Part shown: piece after piece, positions 11,468 through 25,151 of the stretch | Layout of the letters: the number at the start of each line of letters is the position of its first letter | Numbering within the stretch: position 1 is the first letter of the stretch | Assembly (NCBI GenBank): GCA_965287045.1 | Contig: OZ336871.1 | Location: 102,610,001 to 102,674,000, forward strand | Length of the DNA: 64,000 bases | Origin: Carcharhinus amblyrhynchos | Taxonomy: Eukaryota | Direction of reading: 5' to 3' | Notes under the pieces: generated by a model | Seen by the model: the letters and a program-made list of their open reading frames with translations, nothing else | The model's database searches: none | Told to the model about the DNA's origin: nothing | Program-made: the position numbers and the translations under genes

Positions 11468-13894
11468 CTGTTTGACAGAAGAGAACTGACTTTAAAAATC
11501 AAGTAAATATTCACCTATACACAACAATTTCTATTATTACCAATCTAACAACAATAGCTTTGCTCAAACCTTCTGCTGTATCGTATAAAAGCACGTAGCT
11601 ATGATCATTGTGCAGGAACAGCAGATTTCATAGGAAAATTAGCTTGGGGAAAATCATTTTATCTTAAAACTTCAAAGTGGTCTCCAATTGATAGATTCTT
11701 TTTCAGCTGCTATATTTGATCCTGCAACAACTCAATGTAAATATAAAGGGATTCCAAGATATTTTTGAGCTGGAGCAAAATTCCAGGTTTGCAAGAGCAT
11801 TATCATCTTAATTGTTGAAATGTATCACGAATGGTACATCAAACTTGTTAAAAAGTAAACAAAGGCCTGAATTCTATAGCCAGCAGTGAAGTGATAGCAT
11901 TCAGTGTTGGCCTTGAAGAAAACAGCCCTCAAATATCTATCAACCTCTATGGAGTGGATTTCCTCTTTCCCATTGATAGCAAGTCAAAGCGATTGTCAGA
12001 CGTCAGCAATAGAGATGCCACTAAGCAGACAAAGCAAACAATTACATTGAATATCACGAATAACCAACCAGGAAGTAAAATGCACTGAGTGATCATTCTT
12101 CATTTCTGATGAATGTTTTACAGACAGCAAGAAAAGTTATTTGGACCTACATATGGAATTAAAATAGAAGCTGAAATATCATCAGCAAAATTAAAAAATA
12201 CACTATTGTATTATAAATGGCATAGTTTGACATTTCACAAGTGTCATATTTGCTTTTCAGGGCTAGTGACGCCATCCAACACAAATTATGAACTTTTAAA
12301 AACACAGTTACATCTCATCGAACAAGGTAAACTTTTTCCAAATGTTTTCATAGCGAGACTAATCATATTCAAGGCAAGTTCTAGTCAGTTCAGTGAATTC
12401 CATTTGATTGCAGAAGGACATGAACAGTACACCCACTAGAAAATCCAGCAACTTCTGGATTTCTATGTTTAACTGCTTCTGTTTGGACTCCAGGAGTTGC
12501 TGCCACATAAAAACTGTGAACACCTACAACTTCAAAATCTGGGCCAAAATGTTATGTTACTTCACATTAAATAGATTTCTAGATAATGTTGTTCATTTTC
12601 TGCAAGCGGAAAAAATAATATAACAGTAGATAAACATTGGACAACTTAAGGACTAAAAAAACCAAGTCAAATGCATTTCCTTACAAAATTACAACCGACG
12701 AAAGTACCTAAATAAATTTTTTCAAGTACAGCTTAATTGATTACCCAGCTAATTTTGCCAAATTTCCATCCATTAAGTGCAAGACAGTGACAAATAGTGT
12801 TTCATTAATCCACGTGCTTGTTGGAATTAATGTCTGTTCTATAGCCCAGGTATTATTTTGCTGGAAGTTTTCTGTAGGCTCAACATAGTTCCTAGTTGGC
12901 TTGAGGTCACAGTACAAATTTCAGATCGATTAAGCACCAACTGGTAATAAATCTGTAGTGTTACCAAGGTACAATAGAGGTGGTTGAACACCAGCCTGAA
13001 AATGGTATACAATGCATGATACACAGCTCAGGTTGAAGCCTCAGAGGTTTTGTACATTGAGGCTAAATATGCATTGTTCAACAGCTAATGAAAAATGGTT
13101 CTATTCCTTAACAGTACCGATATCTTTGTTTCTTTTGCTTGAAAAAATGCCTCAAGATCAATCAACATTTCAAGACTGCCAGCACAAATGTTTCCTTCAA
13201 TTCTCATACTTGCTCAACATCAGCTCCAAAGTTATCTTTTTCTGCTGATTAGACAGCTGCCAGCAAGAGTCATAGTCAAAACACCAATGAGGTCAGGTCA
13301 CCAGCTGCTCCTTGCTGAAACAACAGGCTGGCAGGAGTTATGATTGAAACATAATAATAGCTTATTGCTCTAATGCAAGTCATAGAAATAACAGTTAAAG
13401 AATAACAATGACTAAATCAAGCTATGAAATGTCAATACAGCATTTTTAATATAGTGGCAAAGAGGAACCAAATACTTTCCTTTCTCAAAAGATCCTTTTT
13501 TCTCCACATCTAAAAAAAAAGACGGTCAGAGGAAAGGATGACAATAGGGGAAGAAAAATGAGAAGTCATGGAAGCAAGTATTGAGAAGATGGCCCTGCAG
13601 CAGACGAATTGATGAGCTCTTTTCATGTGACATGGGTTTCCTCAAAAATCTAAAGTGACCAGTCTTCAATATGGGCAAGTAATAAAGAGCAAAACCATTA
13701 AAAAACAAAGAATACATAAACTTCAATTTTTAACACCACTGACTTTCACTATATGTGCAAAACATGTGTGCAAAACATTTTTTAGGAATGATGGATCCAT
13801 AAGATATGAAAAAGGATCAGGTTCCCTCCAAAAAGACGAAATGCCTGTTTTCTGATTTAGGCTGTTCTTCTTTAGGCTTCAAAAATAAATGTTA

Positions 13895-14415
13895 CAGGTA
13901 GTCCTTGATTTAACAACGTTTGAGTTACGACGAATGGCACTTGGGACATTTTTAAATTTACACTTTCAGTTTCACAACATACCAGTGAACAGTTGGTCAT
14001 CACCAACTGTTACTAGCTCCTTTATGTTCCACTTTCTGCAACATCAGAAAGGGCAAATCGCTTCTCAGATAAAGACTTCTTTATCTGAGAAGAGCAACTA
14101 TTTAAAACTGACTCAGCGTAACTTGGTGAGTAGATGCCTGTATTACTACTAAGTTGTTAACACTCACTGTCAACTGGTTTTCTTTCTAAAACATAAAACA
14201 AAGGGTGATTCTATACCTCTGTTCATGGCGTAGTGGCCACATATTGATAGAAAGGGAATAATACTTTTCAGTGAAACTAGGGTTCAGGAACCAATTCTAC
14301 ATTCTTCACAATTTGTAATATTGTTCCTATGGAAAATCGTATCCAATTTATGATGTTTCACTTACAACGTGTGATTTTCAGGAACCAATTGTGTCGTAAT
14401 CCTGAGGACTGCCTG
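13895..14415. mobile_element. non-autonomous Tc1/mariner-pogo (Tigger-like) DNA transposon
   Basis: ta|caggtagtcct...gaggactgcctg terminal inverted repeats; TA at the left end, right TA decayed. Confidence 0.6.
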
Positions 14416-14989
14416 CAGTTAAAACATTAACATGTCAAGCTGCAAAGGTTTAATGGCTTTTAATTTAATATACTTACTCAATTAAAATAATTGTGGCTGC
14501 CAAATATATAAATATACTTGCTCGTCCAATTATTTTGTCCATTAGACTCATTGGACCAAAAAATGAACACTTCATGAAAGAAGCTGCACAAGTTATTTTT
14601 GATTTGTGTGGCTCAGATGCTGATTATCATAATCAGCTGAGTCATCGAGCGACCATGCCTCACATTTGTAGAGCATTGCCTTCATCCATTTCCAGGAGGT
14701 GGTCTTAAGCTTGTTGAAAATTCCACTTGTAACTCCAAAAAGATCACAAAACCATTAATTCCCATTTTTAAAAAAATCCACAGTGCTCCAAATGCATTAT
14801 GTAATAATTCCAAGGATTACGTGCCTTCACTGTTCTATCTAGGGTCCACTTCACATGCTGATTACTACATAGAGAAAAACTTCCTGCTTTTCTCCTAAAT
14901 TTGCTGCTCCCATTGTTACATTTGGAGTCCCCCAAATATGGATCCCATACCCTACATTTCTCATCTAATTGTACCCCCAGCATAATAAA

Positions 14990-15560
14990 GCTGGATTCCA
15001 CATGCACGTTGGTGACACTCGCCAATACCAACAGTTACCTTGAAAATTTAGACTATTCCAATGCCCTGCCTTTCATTCGCCATAAGCTTGAGCTCACCCA
15101 AAACTGTTGTCAGAAACTTAACTCGCACCAAGTCCTGCTCAAATCACCCTTGGGCTAATTGATCTTTATTGTTTCTTGGTTGGCATCACCTCAATTTGAA
15201 ATTTTCAACCTCATGATTCAAGTTGCTCCACAGCGTCACTTTTCCACACACCTGCAGCTTTCTCCAGCTCTACACTCTCCAACTCAGTCTCTTCTGCATC
15301 CCTGATTTTAATCATTTCACTTCGGTGGCCATGTTTCAGTTGCTTAGGCTCCAAGGTCTGGAATTCTCTCCTTAAACTGTTCTATCCATGATCTCCATCT
15401 TTAAGTCAGTCCTTAAATTTCCTACTCTTTGACCAAGCTTTAAATCATCTTTCCGAATGTCTTTCTGGCTGGTTACCAAATTTTGTTTGATAATTCCTCT
15501 CGGAAGTGCTACATTTTATTAGGTTAAAAGTGTTTATATAAAAGGCAAGTTGTTACTTCA
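14990..15560 (+). mobile_element. old L2-clade LINE 3' fragment
   Basis: LDYSNAL..HKLELTQN remnant; tail ..tatataaaaggcaagttgtt. Confidence 0.55.
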
Positions 15561-15884
15561 CTGTGACCCCTTGTAACTGTACAATTTAAAGCACTCTTCC
15601 AGATTAGACTTTCACACATATTTAAATTTTCTTGGTTTCTGTGCTAAGTGACATTGCAAATGATTGCCTCTCAAAGCGGCTCTCATCATGCTTCGCACAA
15701 GGAAAACTTATACTCGATCATCTGTTCTCTAAGTGATTGCCTCATCTCTTAGCCTCTTCCTTTCTTTTACTAAGTCTTCGATCATACTGTCCATTCCCAA
15801 ATTGGTGCCATTTTTCCTGCAACCCAAAATTGGAATCTCTTCACTCTGGTTCATCCCTGCCAAAGTTTTAATTAGTCACAAATC

Positions 15885-17210
15885 ATATCAAATTCCTCTT
15901 TAACCACAGGGGAGGTGGCAGAGGACTGAAGAACAGCAAATGTAGTTCCGCTATTTAGTAAGTATTGTAGAGATAAGCCAAGGAACTACAGACCAGTGAG
16001 TCTCACATCAGCGATAGGAAAACTGTTGGAGAGAATTCTGAAGGAGAGCATCTACCTCCACTTGTAGAGGCAAAGCTTGATCGGCACAGTATGGTTTCAT
16101 CAAAGGGAGGTTATGCCTAGCAAATTTGACTGAATTTTTTAAAGAGATTATCAGGTATGCAGATGAGGGTGGTGCAGTTGATGTAGTTTACATGGATTTC
16201 ACAAAGCCTTTGACAAGGTCCCACACGAGACTTATAAAAAGAAGGCAAATGCACATGGGTTACAGGATAATTTGGTAAAGTGGATTCAAAATTGGTCCAG
16301 TTGTAACAGACATGGTGAGGTGACGATACAAGGCTGCCTTTGTAACTGGAAGCCAGTACCCAGTGGCGTACTACATGGATCTGTTCCGAGTCGCCTATTA
16401 CCTGTAATTTACATGAATGACATAGGTGACTACATGCGGGGTAGGATTAACAAGTTTGCGGATGACACAAAAATTGACTGGGTGGTCTTGGCTACAAGGA
16501 GATATAGGCGGGATGGTCAAATGGGCAGAAAAGTGGTAGATGGAATTTAACACTGAAAAGTGAGAGATGATTCACCTGGGAAGGACTAATTTGACAAGTA
16601 AGTATTCAATGAATGGCATGACACTAGGAAGTTCTGTGGAACAAAGGGACCTTGGCATGTTTGTCTGTAAGTCTCTGAAGGCAGAAGGGCATGTTAATAT
16701 GGAGGTGAAAAGGGCATATGGGACATTTGCCTTTATTAATTGAGGCACAGATTACAAAAGCAGGGAGGTCATGTTAGAGTTGCATAGAACTTTGGTGAGG
16801 CCACAGCTAGAGTACTGTGCACATTAAAAGGAGGATATAATTACACTGGTAGGGATGCAGAGGAGATTCACCAGGATGCTGCTCGGGATGGAACATTTAA
16901 GTTGTGAAGAGAGGTTGGATAGGCTTGGGTTGTTTTTGTTGGAGCAGGAAAGACTGAGGGACAACCTGATCGAGTGCAGAGTGGATAAGGAACAGCTACT
17001 TCCCCCCAAATTAAGGGTCCATCATGAGGGGACATAGATCCAAGGGGTTATGAGGAAAAATAATGGGCTCCTGGATGGCTGGTAGAAGCCAGTTGCCTCA
17101 CATCCTTTAAAAAGGACTGGTAAATTAGGTGGGAGCTCAGATGTTTCTCTGGCGTTTGTGTAGATCCCATGGACTGAAGGACCTCTTCTGCACCGTAAGG
17201 TTCTATGATA
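15885..17210 (+). mobile_element. degenerate CR1 LINE
   Basis: [31 protein letters not shown] remnants; tail ttctatga. Confidence 0.8.
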
Positions 17211-18339
17211 TTCCCTACGACTGTGCCAATGTTGTTTATCCCTCCACCTTTTCAACTTTCCTAGAACCTCGATAGTCGACAACACTATTCTCCTTGGTGT
17301 TCCAACTCTTTTCTACCGTTACTTATGCAGCTGTAGCCAAACAAATTTCAACAATGGGTTCTCTTCTCACATCTATTATCTGGAGTCTTCCAAAAGTCTA
17401 CAGTTAGCCTCAATTTTTGTCTTTTTATTCCTCTGGATGTTTTTTGACTGTAAATGCACTAAATAAATTACATCAGTTGACATTCTTATATCAGATGAAG
17501 TATTCAACAACTTTATTTTCAGATTACTGATTCATTTAGCATTTAATTTCACCTGAACAGTATTTTTTTAATACTCCTAAACTATATATTTCTAGCCTTA
17601 ATACTGCATACTAAGTAATTTAGTATGTAAAATGGGTTGCTTATAAGTGTATGATACATTAAAACTGCTAATGCAATTAATTTAAGAACTATTAAACAAC
17701 ACACTAATTCTTGACACAAATGTTGCCAGAGAAGTAAATGGTTTCAGTTTGGTGGGATAGTAAAATAAAGACCTTATTTTTCAATGTGCTCTTCCCTCAC
17801 TCCTGCTTCTCCAGAAGATATTGTACAACTACTGTCAATCACAACTACAAGGATTCATGAACTTCATGGGCACTATTCCAATTTGCCAACAGCAAAAATC
17901 AAAGTAAAGTAGGAACCAGAGAAGCCACAGTGCTGCAGGTGGCTTCATAAATTGAAGCAGTGAAATTAATAATCGCACTGCCATAAACAAAGGAACAATT
18001 GTGATTGCCTGATGCACCAGATTCAACAGCTATGGCGCCCTAATAAAAATCAGTAACAAGTAGATAACAGTTTCAAAGAATGATTAGCTTTACTGCCAAA
18101 TAATCTCACACAACCATACAAATGAGAAAGACTCATGACCCTCAAGTGAAAAAAATTCTCATGTCTTAAACACACAACTCCATATTTTTTAAAACAGTGA
18201 CCCCACAGGGGAAATCATCCTCCCACACCCACCCTGTCAAGAACCCAGAGGATCTTATATGTTTCAATCAAGTTGTCTTTCACTCTTTTAAACTCCAGCT
18301 AGACCCGTTCTCAAACTACAACACCTCCTCCTCTTCCCA

Positions 18340-20595
18340 GCAGGGAGGTGCAGAAAATTCCACTCAATTTTTACATAGCTGTTCCAGTTCAGTTCCTGAC
18401 CAATGTTAACTCCCAGAATATTGATAGTGGGGAATTCAGTGATGATAATGCCAAGGGGTAAAGTTAGATTCTTTTGTTGGAGACGGTCACTGCCTGGCAT
18501 TGTGTGATGTAAATGTTACTCACCACTTGTCAGTCCAAGCCTGCATTTTGGCCAGGTCTTGATGCACTTGGACATGAACTGCTTTATTATCTGACTTTGC
18601 AATCATCTGTGAACATCACCACTTCTGACCTTATGATGGAATGAAAGTCTTTGATAAGCGACTGAAGATGGTTGGGTCGAGGACACTATCCTGAGGAATG
18701 TCTGCAATGATGTCCTGAACCTGAGATAATTGACCTCCAATGACAACCATCACCTTCTTCTCTGTTCGATATGACAATAACTGTCCCCACCCCCTGCTTC
18801 TTGAAGCTGAACTATCAAATGCACTCTCCCCCATCCCATCCCCCCCTCCCTCAGCTCCTTGATGCCAAACTGTCAAATGCACCTTTCCTCCCACCACTTC
18901 CTGCTTCTTGATGCAAAACTGTCAAATGCACCCCTCTTGCCTTGGGGAATCACTTCCATCTCATTTCTGGAATTTAGCATTTTTGTCTCTGTTCAAATTA
19001 AGACTATAATGACTGACTCTAGTGGAACCCAAATTGAGCATCTGTGAGCAGGCTATTGCTTTGCAATTCAAATAGCACTGTTCATTTAATATCGCTGCTG
19101 ATGATCTCTCCATCACTTTACTGATGATTGAGAAAAGACTGAGTGGCTGTGATTGGCTGGGTTCGAGCAGAACATATCCAGGCAATTTTGTACATTGCTG
19201 GGTAGATGCCAGTGTTGCAGCTGTGTTGGAACAGCTTGGCTTGGAGCATGGTAAGTTTTGGAACACGTCTTTCAGTACTATTGCCAGGATATTGTCAGGC
19301 CCTATAGTCTTTGCAGTATCCAGTGTACTCAGCTATTTCTTGAAATCATATGGAGTGAATTAAATTGGCTAATGGCCAAAATGGATCATTCACTCAGCAG
19401 TGCTGGCTGAAAATTGTTGCACATGCTTTAGCCTCATCTTTTGCATTGATATGCTGTGCTCCTCCATCATAGAGAATGCGGATATTTGTGGAGCCTTCTC
19501 ATCCAGTAAACTGTTTCATTGTCAATTATCATTCATGACTGCAAATCTTAAATCTGATGGTTTTGGAATTGCTTATCTCCGTCTATCACTTGACCACAAG
19601 ATGTAGGTGCTGAAATAGGTCACTCACCCATCAAGTCACCTATGCCTTTCAATATCATGACTGATCTGATACAATAATCCTCAACTCCACTTTCCCACCT
19701 TGCTGCTCAAGATGCTTGGCACACAAATGTGCTCTGTCGTCTCAGCAGATTGACATCTTATTTCTAGGTATGCCAGGTGCTGCTCTTGACATGTCCTCCT
19801 GCACTCTTCATTGAAAGAGGGTTGATCTCCTCCCTGGCTTGGTGATGCCGGGTCATGAGTTAACAGATTGTGGTTCAGTACGTTTCTGCTGCTGCTGATG
19901 GACCACAGTGCTTCATGGATGCCCACCTCGAGTTGCTAGATCTGTTCGAAATCTACACCATTTAGCACAGTGGTAGTGCCACACATGACACACAGTATCC
20001 TCAAATGTGGCAGACATGTCAGAATGAGGTCAAATGTTTTGTCCCCTTGTTAGTTCCCTCACCAGTTGCCACAGACCCACTTTAGCAGATACGTCCTTTA
20101 GAACTTGGCCACCTTGGTCCGCGGTAGTGCTTCTGAGCCACTGCTCGACTAGTCTGTAAGACAGCTCTCAATTTTGGCACAAGCCTTCAGATATTAGTAA
20201 GGAAAACTTTGTAAGGTCGGCAGGGCTGGTTTTGCTGTTATCATTTCCGGTTGATGCTGGGTGGTCCCTCAGGTTTTCTTTGAAATTGACTTTGTAGTTG
20301 TGTGATTCAACTGAATGACTTGCTCGGTCATTTCAGAGGGTATTTAAGAGTTAACCACATTGCTGTGGGTCTGCAGTCACATGTAGGCCAGACCAAGTAA
20401 GGATGGCAGATATATTTCCTTAAAAAAGGACATTCGTGAACCTGATGGGCTTTTTAAAATGACTATGTTTTCATTATTAGACTTTTAGTTCCAGATTTTT
20501 ACTGAATTCAAATTCCACCATCTCCGTGGTGTCATTTGTATCCCGGTCCCAAGAGCATTAGCCTGGATTACACATCAGTGACGATACCATAATGT
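18340..20595 (-). mobile_element. degenerate CR1/L2-group LINE with tRNA-SINE-like 5' head
   Basis: minus strand: tRNA-like head and central domain (20595-20310), APE start NI*RLVPKL..ELSYRLV (~20200-20145), SFNEECRR, SLFSIISKVME, IPQDSVLDPTIF. Confidence 0.65.
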
Positions 20596-22436
20596 CAGTG
20601 ATTACCCAGGTGATTGTAATTCCCTTGTGATCCTCTCTCCCTTTCATTTCCTGATTTCACTTAATACCAAAAGAGATCAGTATAATCCGATTCCCTTGAC
20701 ACTATCTGCATTGAACAACTGGCCATCCACTTGGCTTCTACATTAGTTGATTTTGTTACAAATTGCTGGCCCGCTCCTGCTTCTCTTTCTTTCATATCTG
20801 CCATCATCTTTCTCCTCAAGCAAAAATAACTCTTTGAAAACAATCTCCAAGCTTCCTTTCCATTCCACAGTCCTTGAACAAATCACTTTGTCTTATTCCA
20901 TGTTTGAATCCCTCTAATCAGATTTCTGTCATGCCAATGCATCAAAACACCATATACAGTCATAAATGACATCTCATGGGTTATGTTCACATGTGACAAA
21001 GATAAACTATCCCTCCTTAGCCTTATCAACCAATCTTTAACTTTTGAGATGACTAACTGCAGCAGGGGTCAGCAATCATTGGCATGTGTGCCAAAGGTGG
21101 ATTGTGAGATGATTGTGAGTGGCACTCACCCTACTAGTCCAATGAATAGCACAAAAGGTTCTAATACTTTGTCATTTCCTTATCCTGAGAAGGCATGTTA
21201 CATTGATAAAGATGTATAGCATTTAAATAGTAAATTTTTTTTATTCATTGCTTTGATATTTTAAGTCCTAATTTGCTGCTTACATCAGTATCACATAACG
21301 TGGAACAGTGCATTAGCTGTCTCTTCATTTCAGCCTTCTTGAACAAACAAATTTGGATTTATTCAAAAGAACATGTGTGCTGTATATTCTTTCTGTTGTG
21401 AAAGTGCTGTTTGTTGTACATCAAGCATTCAACAACATTTTCAAATTAAGCACAAGAAAACTTTTCCTGATGAAGCGGAATTATGGGCAAAGTTTAGAGG
21501 TCTGCGGCAGCACTTGAAGCTACTGAGGGAGATCACGGTGCCCCTATTCTGATCTGCGGGGTGTCCCCATCAGAGAAATTTAACTGTTGAAGAAAATTGC
21601 ATTTGTAATGTTTTCAGCATTTGGATCCAGATATTTGCATAAACAGGTAGTTGCACACAGTAAGTCAGTCTTCTGGCCTCTAGAGCAATTAACAACTGAT
21701 CATCTAGAAGTCAGTGTGCAGCTTAAAATATCCTAATACATGCTTGACATTGGAAAACTCAGCAAGGAACAGCAATGACAAGATTCCACTAAACTGCTAA
21801 GATCTGAATTTTAATTTTAAATGAAGCTCAAGCATTAAAAACCTTAGTTACTTTATCTGTAGAGACTGTATAAATTTTAGGATGCATTACTTGCACACAA
21901 AATCTTAAATTAGAGTGAACAAGTGAAGGTGCACGCCATTTCTCAAAAGTTGCCAATCTCGGGTCTACACCGTCATCCTTTAACACTGCTCCACTTTCGA
22001 GCCAATTCTAATAAAGTGCTATTTTTAATGGTTCACACGCATGGATGAGTAATGACATAGGCTGTGAAGAGATCAAATTTGGAAAGGAAGTTAAACCCCG
22101 AAATGTATCCACAAGATGTGTTGAGCACCTATACGTAGTACTGATTCAAAACCATTTTACAAAAATTTAATTCTCTCCATCATCAGTTTTATATTCAACT
22201 GTATTGCAAGAGATTCTAGCAATCCTTTTACAGATTTTTAACCATCAAAACATAGCCCTTAGATTGAGGTAATTCAATAAATTCCATTGCATAATTTGAC
22301 AAACATACAACATATTCAGTTAGGGCCACTTGGACAAAGCAATCACTAGAGAGCAGAACTACAAAAGTGACAAATTAAAGTAATGAACATCTTAAACCTT
22401 CAAACACAAACTAAGGAATTCAGGTTGAATACTCAC

Positions 22437-22624
22437 AGCAGCAACTTGCTCATAGCATGTCTGGCAGCATAATGCAGGGGTGTATTATGTTGATAAGGCT
22501 CTCCATAAGAGGTATTTGGATCTAGAGACTCCTTGAACTGAGGATTGCTCTCATACAACTGGTAGGCCAAAGATTCATCGCCATTTATGAGCGCCTTGCG
22601 AAATTTAGTTGTGGTATTCCCCAT
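22437..22624 (-). CDS. ANKIB1: ANKIB1 first coding exon (CDS part of gene exon 2; ankyrin repeat and IBR domain-containing RBR E3 ligase)
   Basis: ATG at 22624: [62 protein letters not shown]; 188 nt; donor |gtgagt; phase 2 joins 11467. MGxxxTK fits an N-myristoylation motif. Confidence 0.96.
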
Positions 22625-22698
22625 ATTTGATTGGCAATTGTTGGCACTTTCAGCTTTAGCCACTTGACATGCTGATTTCCAAGAGCATGCTTCACATC
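22625..22698 (-). other. ANKIB1: ANKIB1 exon 2 5'UTR portion
   Basis: acceptor gttcttttctgtag| at 22699/22698, 74 nt upstream of the ATG. Confidence 0.75.
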
Positions 22699-23217
22699 CT
22701 ACAGAAAAGAACAGATTTCAAGCTGATGCACCTGTCAAGTAGCAATGCCTTTACATTTCCATACAAATTATTCACAACAATGCAACAATCAGTGAGTTTA
22801 GCAACCAAGTGCTAAAGTACTTGTAGCTTCCATTCTCAATAATCAGTTCAAGTGACTTACTTGTGCTAAGTATAGCTAGTTATAATAAGAAGTATATATT
22901 CTCAAGCTTACTATTTCTCTTGATAAAATAGCCATTACTAATTTCTTTGAAGCAAATTAAAATATTAGTTCAAGAATTTTTCAGAGGTTACTCCAGAGAC
23001 TTCTGAGCCTTCAACTTTGTTATTCAATCCCGTTTCCCATCACACCATTATACAAGGTTATAGTTAATGGATGGGCAGCCACTTACAAGCAAAATGACTC
23101 AATTGCCTTTTAAGCCCAATTTCCTGATTTAGAATTCCCCGACAGTGAGCTGTATTTCACTGGAAGTGGACTGTACTCATGCTTCAAAAGCCTCAATCAT
23201 GAAGACCAGTAACTTCT

Positions 23218-23510
23218 GCACAGTAGCACAATGGTTAGCACTGCTGCTTCACAGCTCCAGGGACCTGGGTTCAATTCCTGGCTTGGGTCACTGAATGAGT
23301 CATTCTCTTAGTGTCTGCGTGGGTCTCCTTCAGGTGCTCTGGTTTCCTCCCACAGTCCAAAGATGTGCGGGGTTAGGTTGATTGGCCATGCTAAAATTGC
23401 CCTTTAGTGTCCTGGGATGCGTAGGTTAGAGGAATTAGTGGGTAAATGTGGAGGGATGTGGGGGAAGGGCCTGGGTGGGATTATGGTCGATGCAGACTCG
23501 ATGGGCCAAA
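23218..23510 (+). mobile_element. HE1-like SINE
   Basis: tggttagcactgctgcttcacagctccagggacctgggttcaattcc head; V-domain; gactcgatgggcc tail start. Confidence 0.85.
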
Positions 23511-25151
23511 GACCACTCTGGATGGTCTTGCCCTCACTCAAATTCTCTGCCTTGCCCAACCTTCATCGCTGCTTCAGTGACGAGTAATTGGAGTATAGGG
23601 AAGAAAGGAACGTCCCCTTTTATGGGGCTCAGTCTGGGTGTTCACAAAGTTACTCTGGAGTTACAAGTGATTTCTTTCCCCCCTTCTAACCCTTTCAGAG
23701 TGATAAACTGGCAGGATCATCTGAAGTTAGCAATTTAAGTCCAGGGGAATTTAATGCTTTCGTACAATTACTAGGTAAACCCTCACGTGGAAACTTCCCA
23801 AAGGGATTCCCCAGCATATCATTGGGCTCCCTCCTAAACGTGATGCTGGAACCAAGAAATTATGGGCTGAAATGCTTTAAAATATTCACTCTTCACTGAC
23901 TTTTTTTTGAAGGAAAAAAGTTACACATGCAAAAAAAAACAACCTGAGTTAAGACCAATTAAAAGTTGTGTTCTAGTATTTGATTGTTGCTATTCAACCA
24001 AAATTTATATAGCACCTGTATAATCAAGAAAAAAAGTCCTGAGCTTTTTCACAAAGGAAAAGAGGCTGTGAGCCAAACAAAGATAGATTAGAGTGCAAAC
24101 AAATGTTTGGTCCAAGATGGATTTTAATGGGTACCTTGAAAGGAAGAGAGAGATTAAACAGCCTATGGAGGAAAATCTGGGGAGCTAGGCAGCTGAAGAC
24201 AGGGCACAGAATGGCACAAGAGGTTGGAGATAATGGAATGAAGGTTTTTGGGGTAGAATTGGGGAGTTGTAGAAAGTTAGAACGATTAGAGGAGTAATCT
24301 GGAAAGTGGGGAGAATCTAGCTGTTGATGACATGTTGGATCAAAGGACAGAAGGGGTGAGGTCCTGCTGAGGGAGTATCAAGAACAGAGCAAAATTAAAA
24401 AGCAGAATCTTGAGGGTAATAGTTCAGGCAACAATTCAGAGATTATGTGCAAATTGGCACAGACTGTCCAGAAAACTAATATATGGCTAAAGGGCAAGTA
24501 CTATATGGGGGAAAGAGGAGGTTCATTTTCTTGGGCTCCTGACACCAACACTGGGACAAGCAGCAGCTATACAAAGAGAACAGGTTGCATCCGAACTGGA
24601 ATGGGAGCAGTGTCCAAGTGAAAAGGATAAAAAGTGGCAAAGGCTTTGAACTAGTAAGGTGGATGGAGGGGTGTACAAGAAATTAAACAATCTGAAATAT
24701 AAACCTAAGAAAGCAAACATTGGATAGACTAAAACAAAGGAAGATTTAAGTGACATGGAATAAATTAAGACCTATAGAACAGTGGTATAAAAAGATGGTT
24801 AATATAAAGTGAGAGGAATTGCTGTTAAAAACGAATTAAACTGTACACCAATGCACACTGTGAGCATAATAAAAACAGAGCAACTAGATGTAATAAGATG
24901 CGAGGAACCAGATGTTGTAGATATTTCAAAGTTGTGGTATTAGAGAAATTGGGACTTATACTTAGGAAAGATAGAGGGAAAAATGAGAGGTGGAGTTGTT
25001 CTTTAATTAGAGATAGCATAATGGCAGTAGAAAATTACAACGAAGTCATCAGTAAGACACAAATAGAATCTCGGTGGATAGAGAAAAAGATAATAAACCA
25101 TCAGTCACACCAATACCAGAATCCTCAGACCACATAAGGTGGAACGGAGGT

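Noticed and set aside
18793-18931. Repeat-spacer pattern superficially like a CRISPR array
   Set aside because: Eukaryotic intron, only three degenerate units derived from LINE RT, low-complexity spacers, no cas genes.
22625-22663. N-terminal extension [13 protein letters not shown] of ANKIB1 in the ORF track
   Set aside because: Starts at a GTG; the conserved protein starts MGNTTTK, which also preserves the Gly2 myristoylation motif.
23218-23295. tRNA-like sequence with A/B boxes (and similar heads elsewhere)
   Set aside because: Heads of SINEs continuing into V-domain and LINE tail; no complete cloverleaf.
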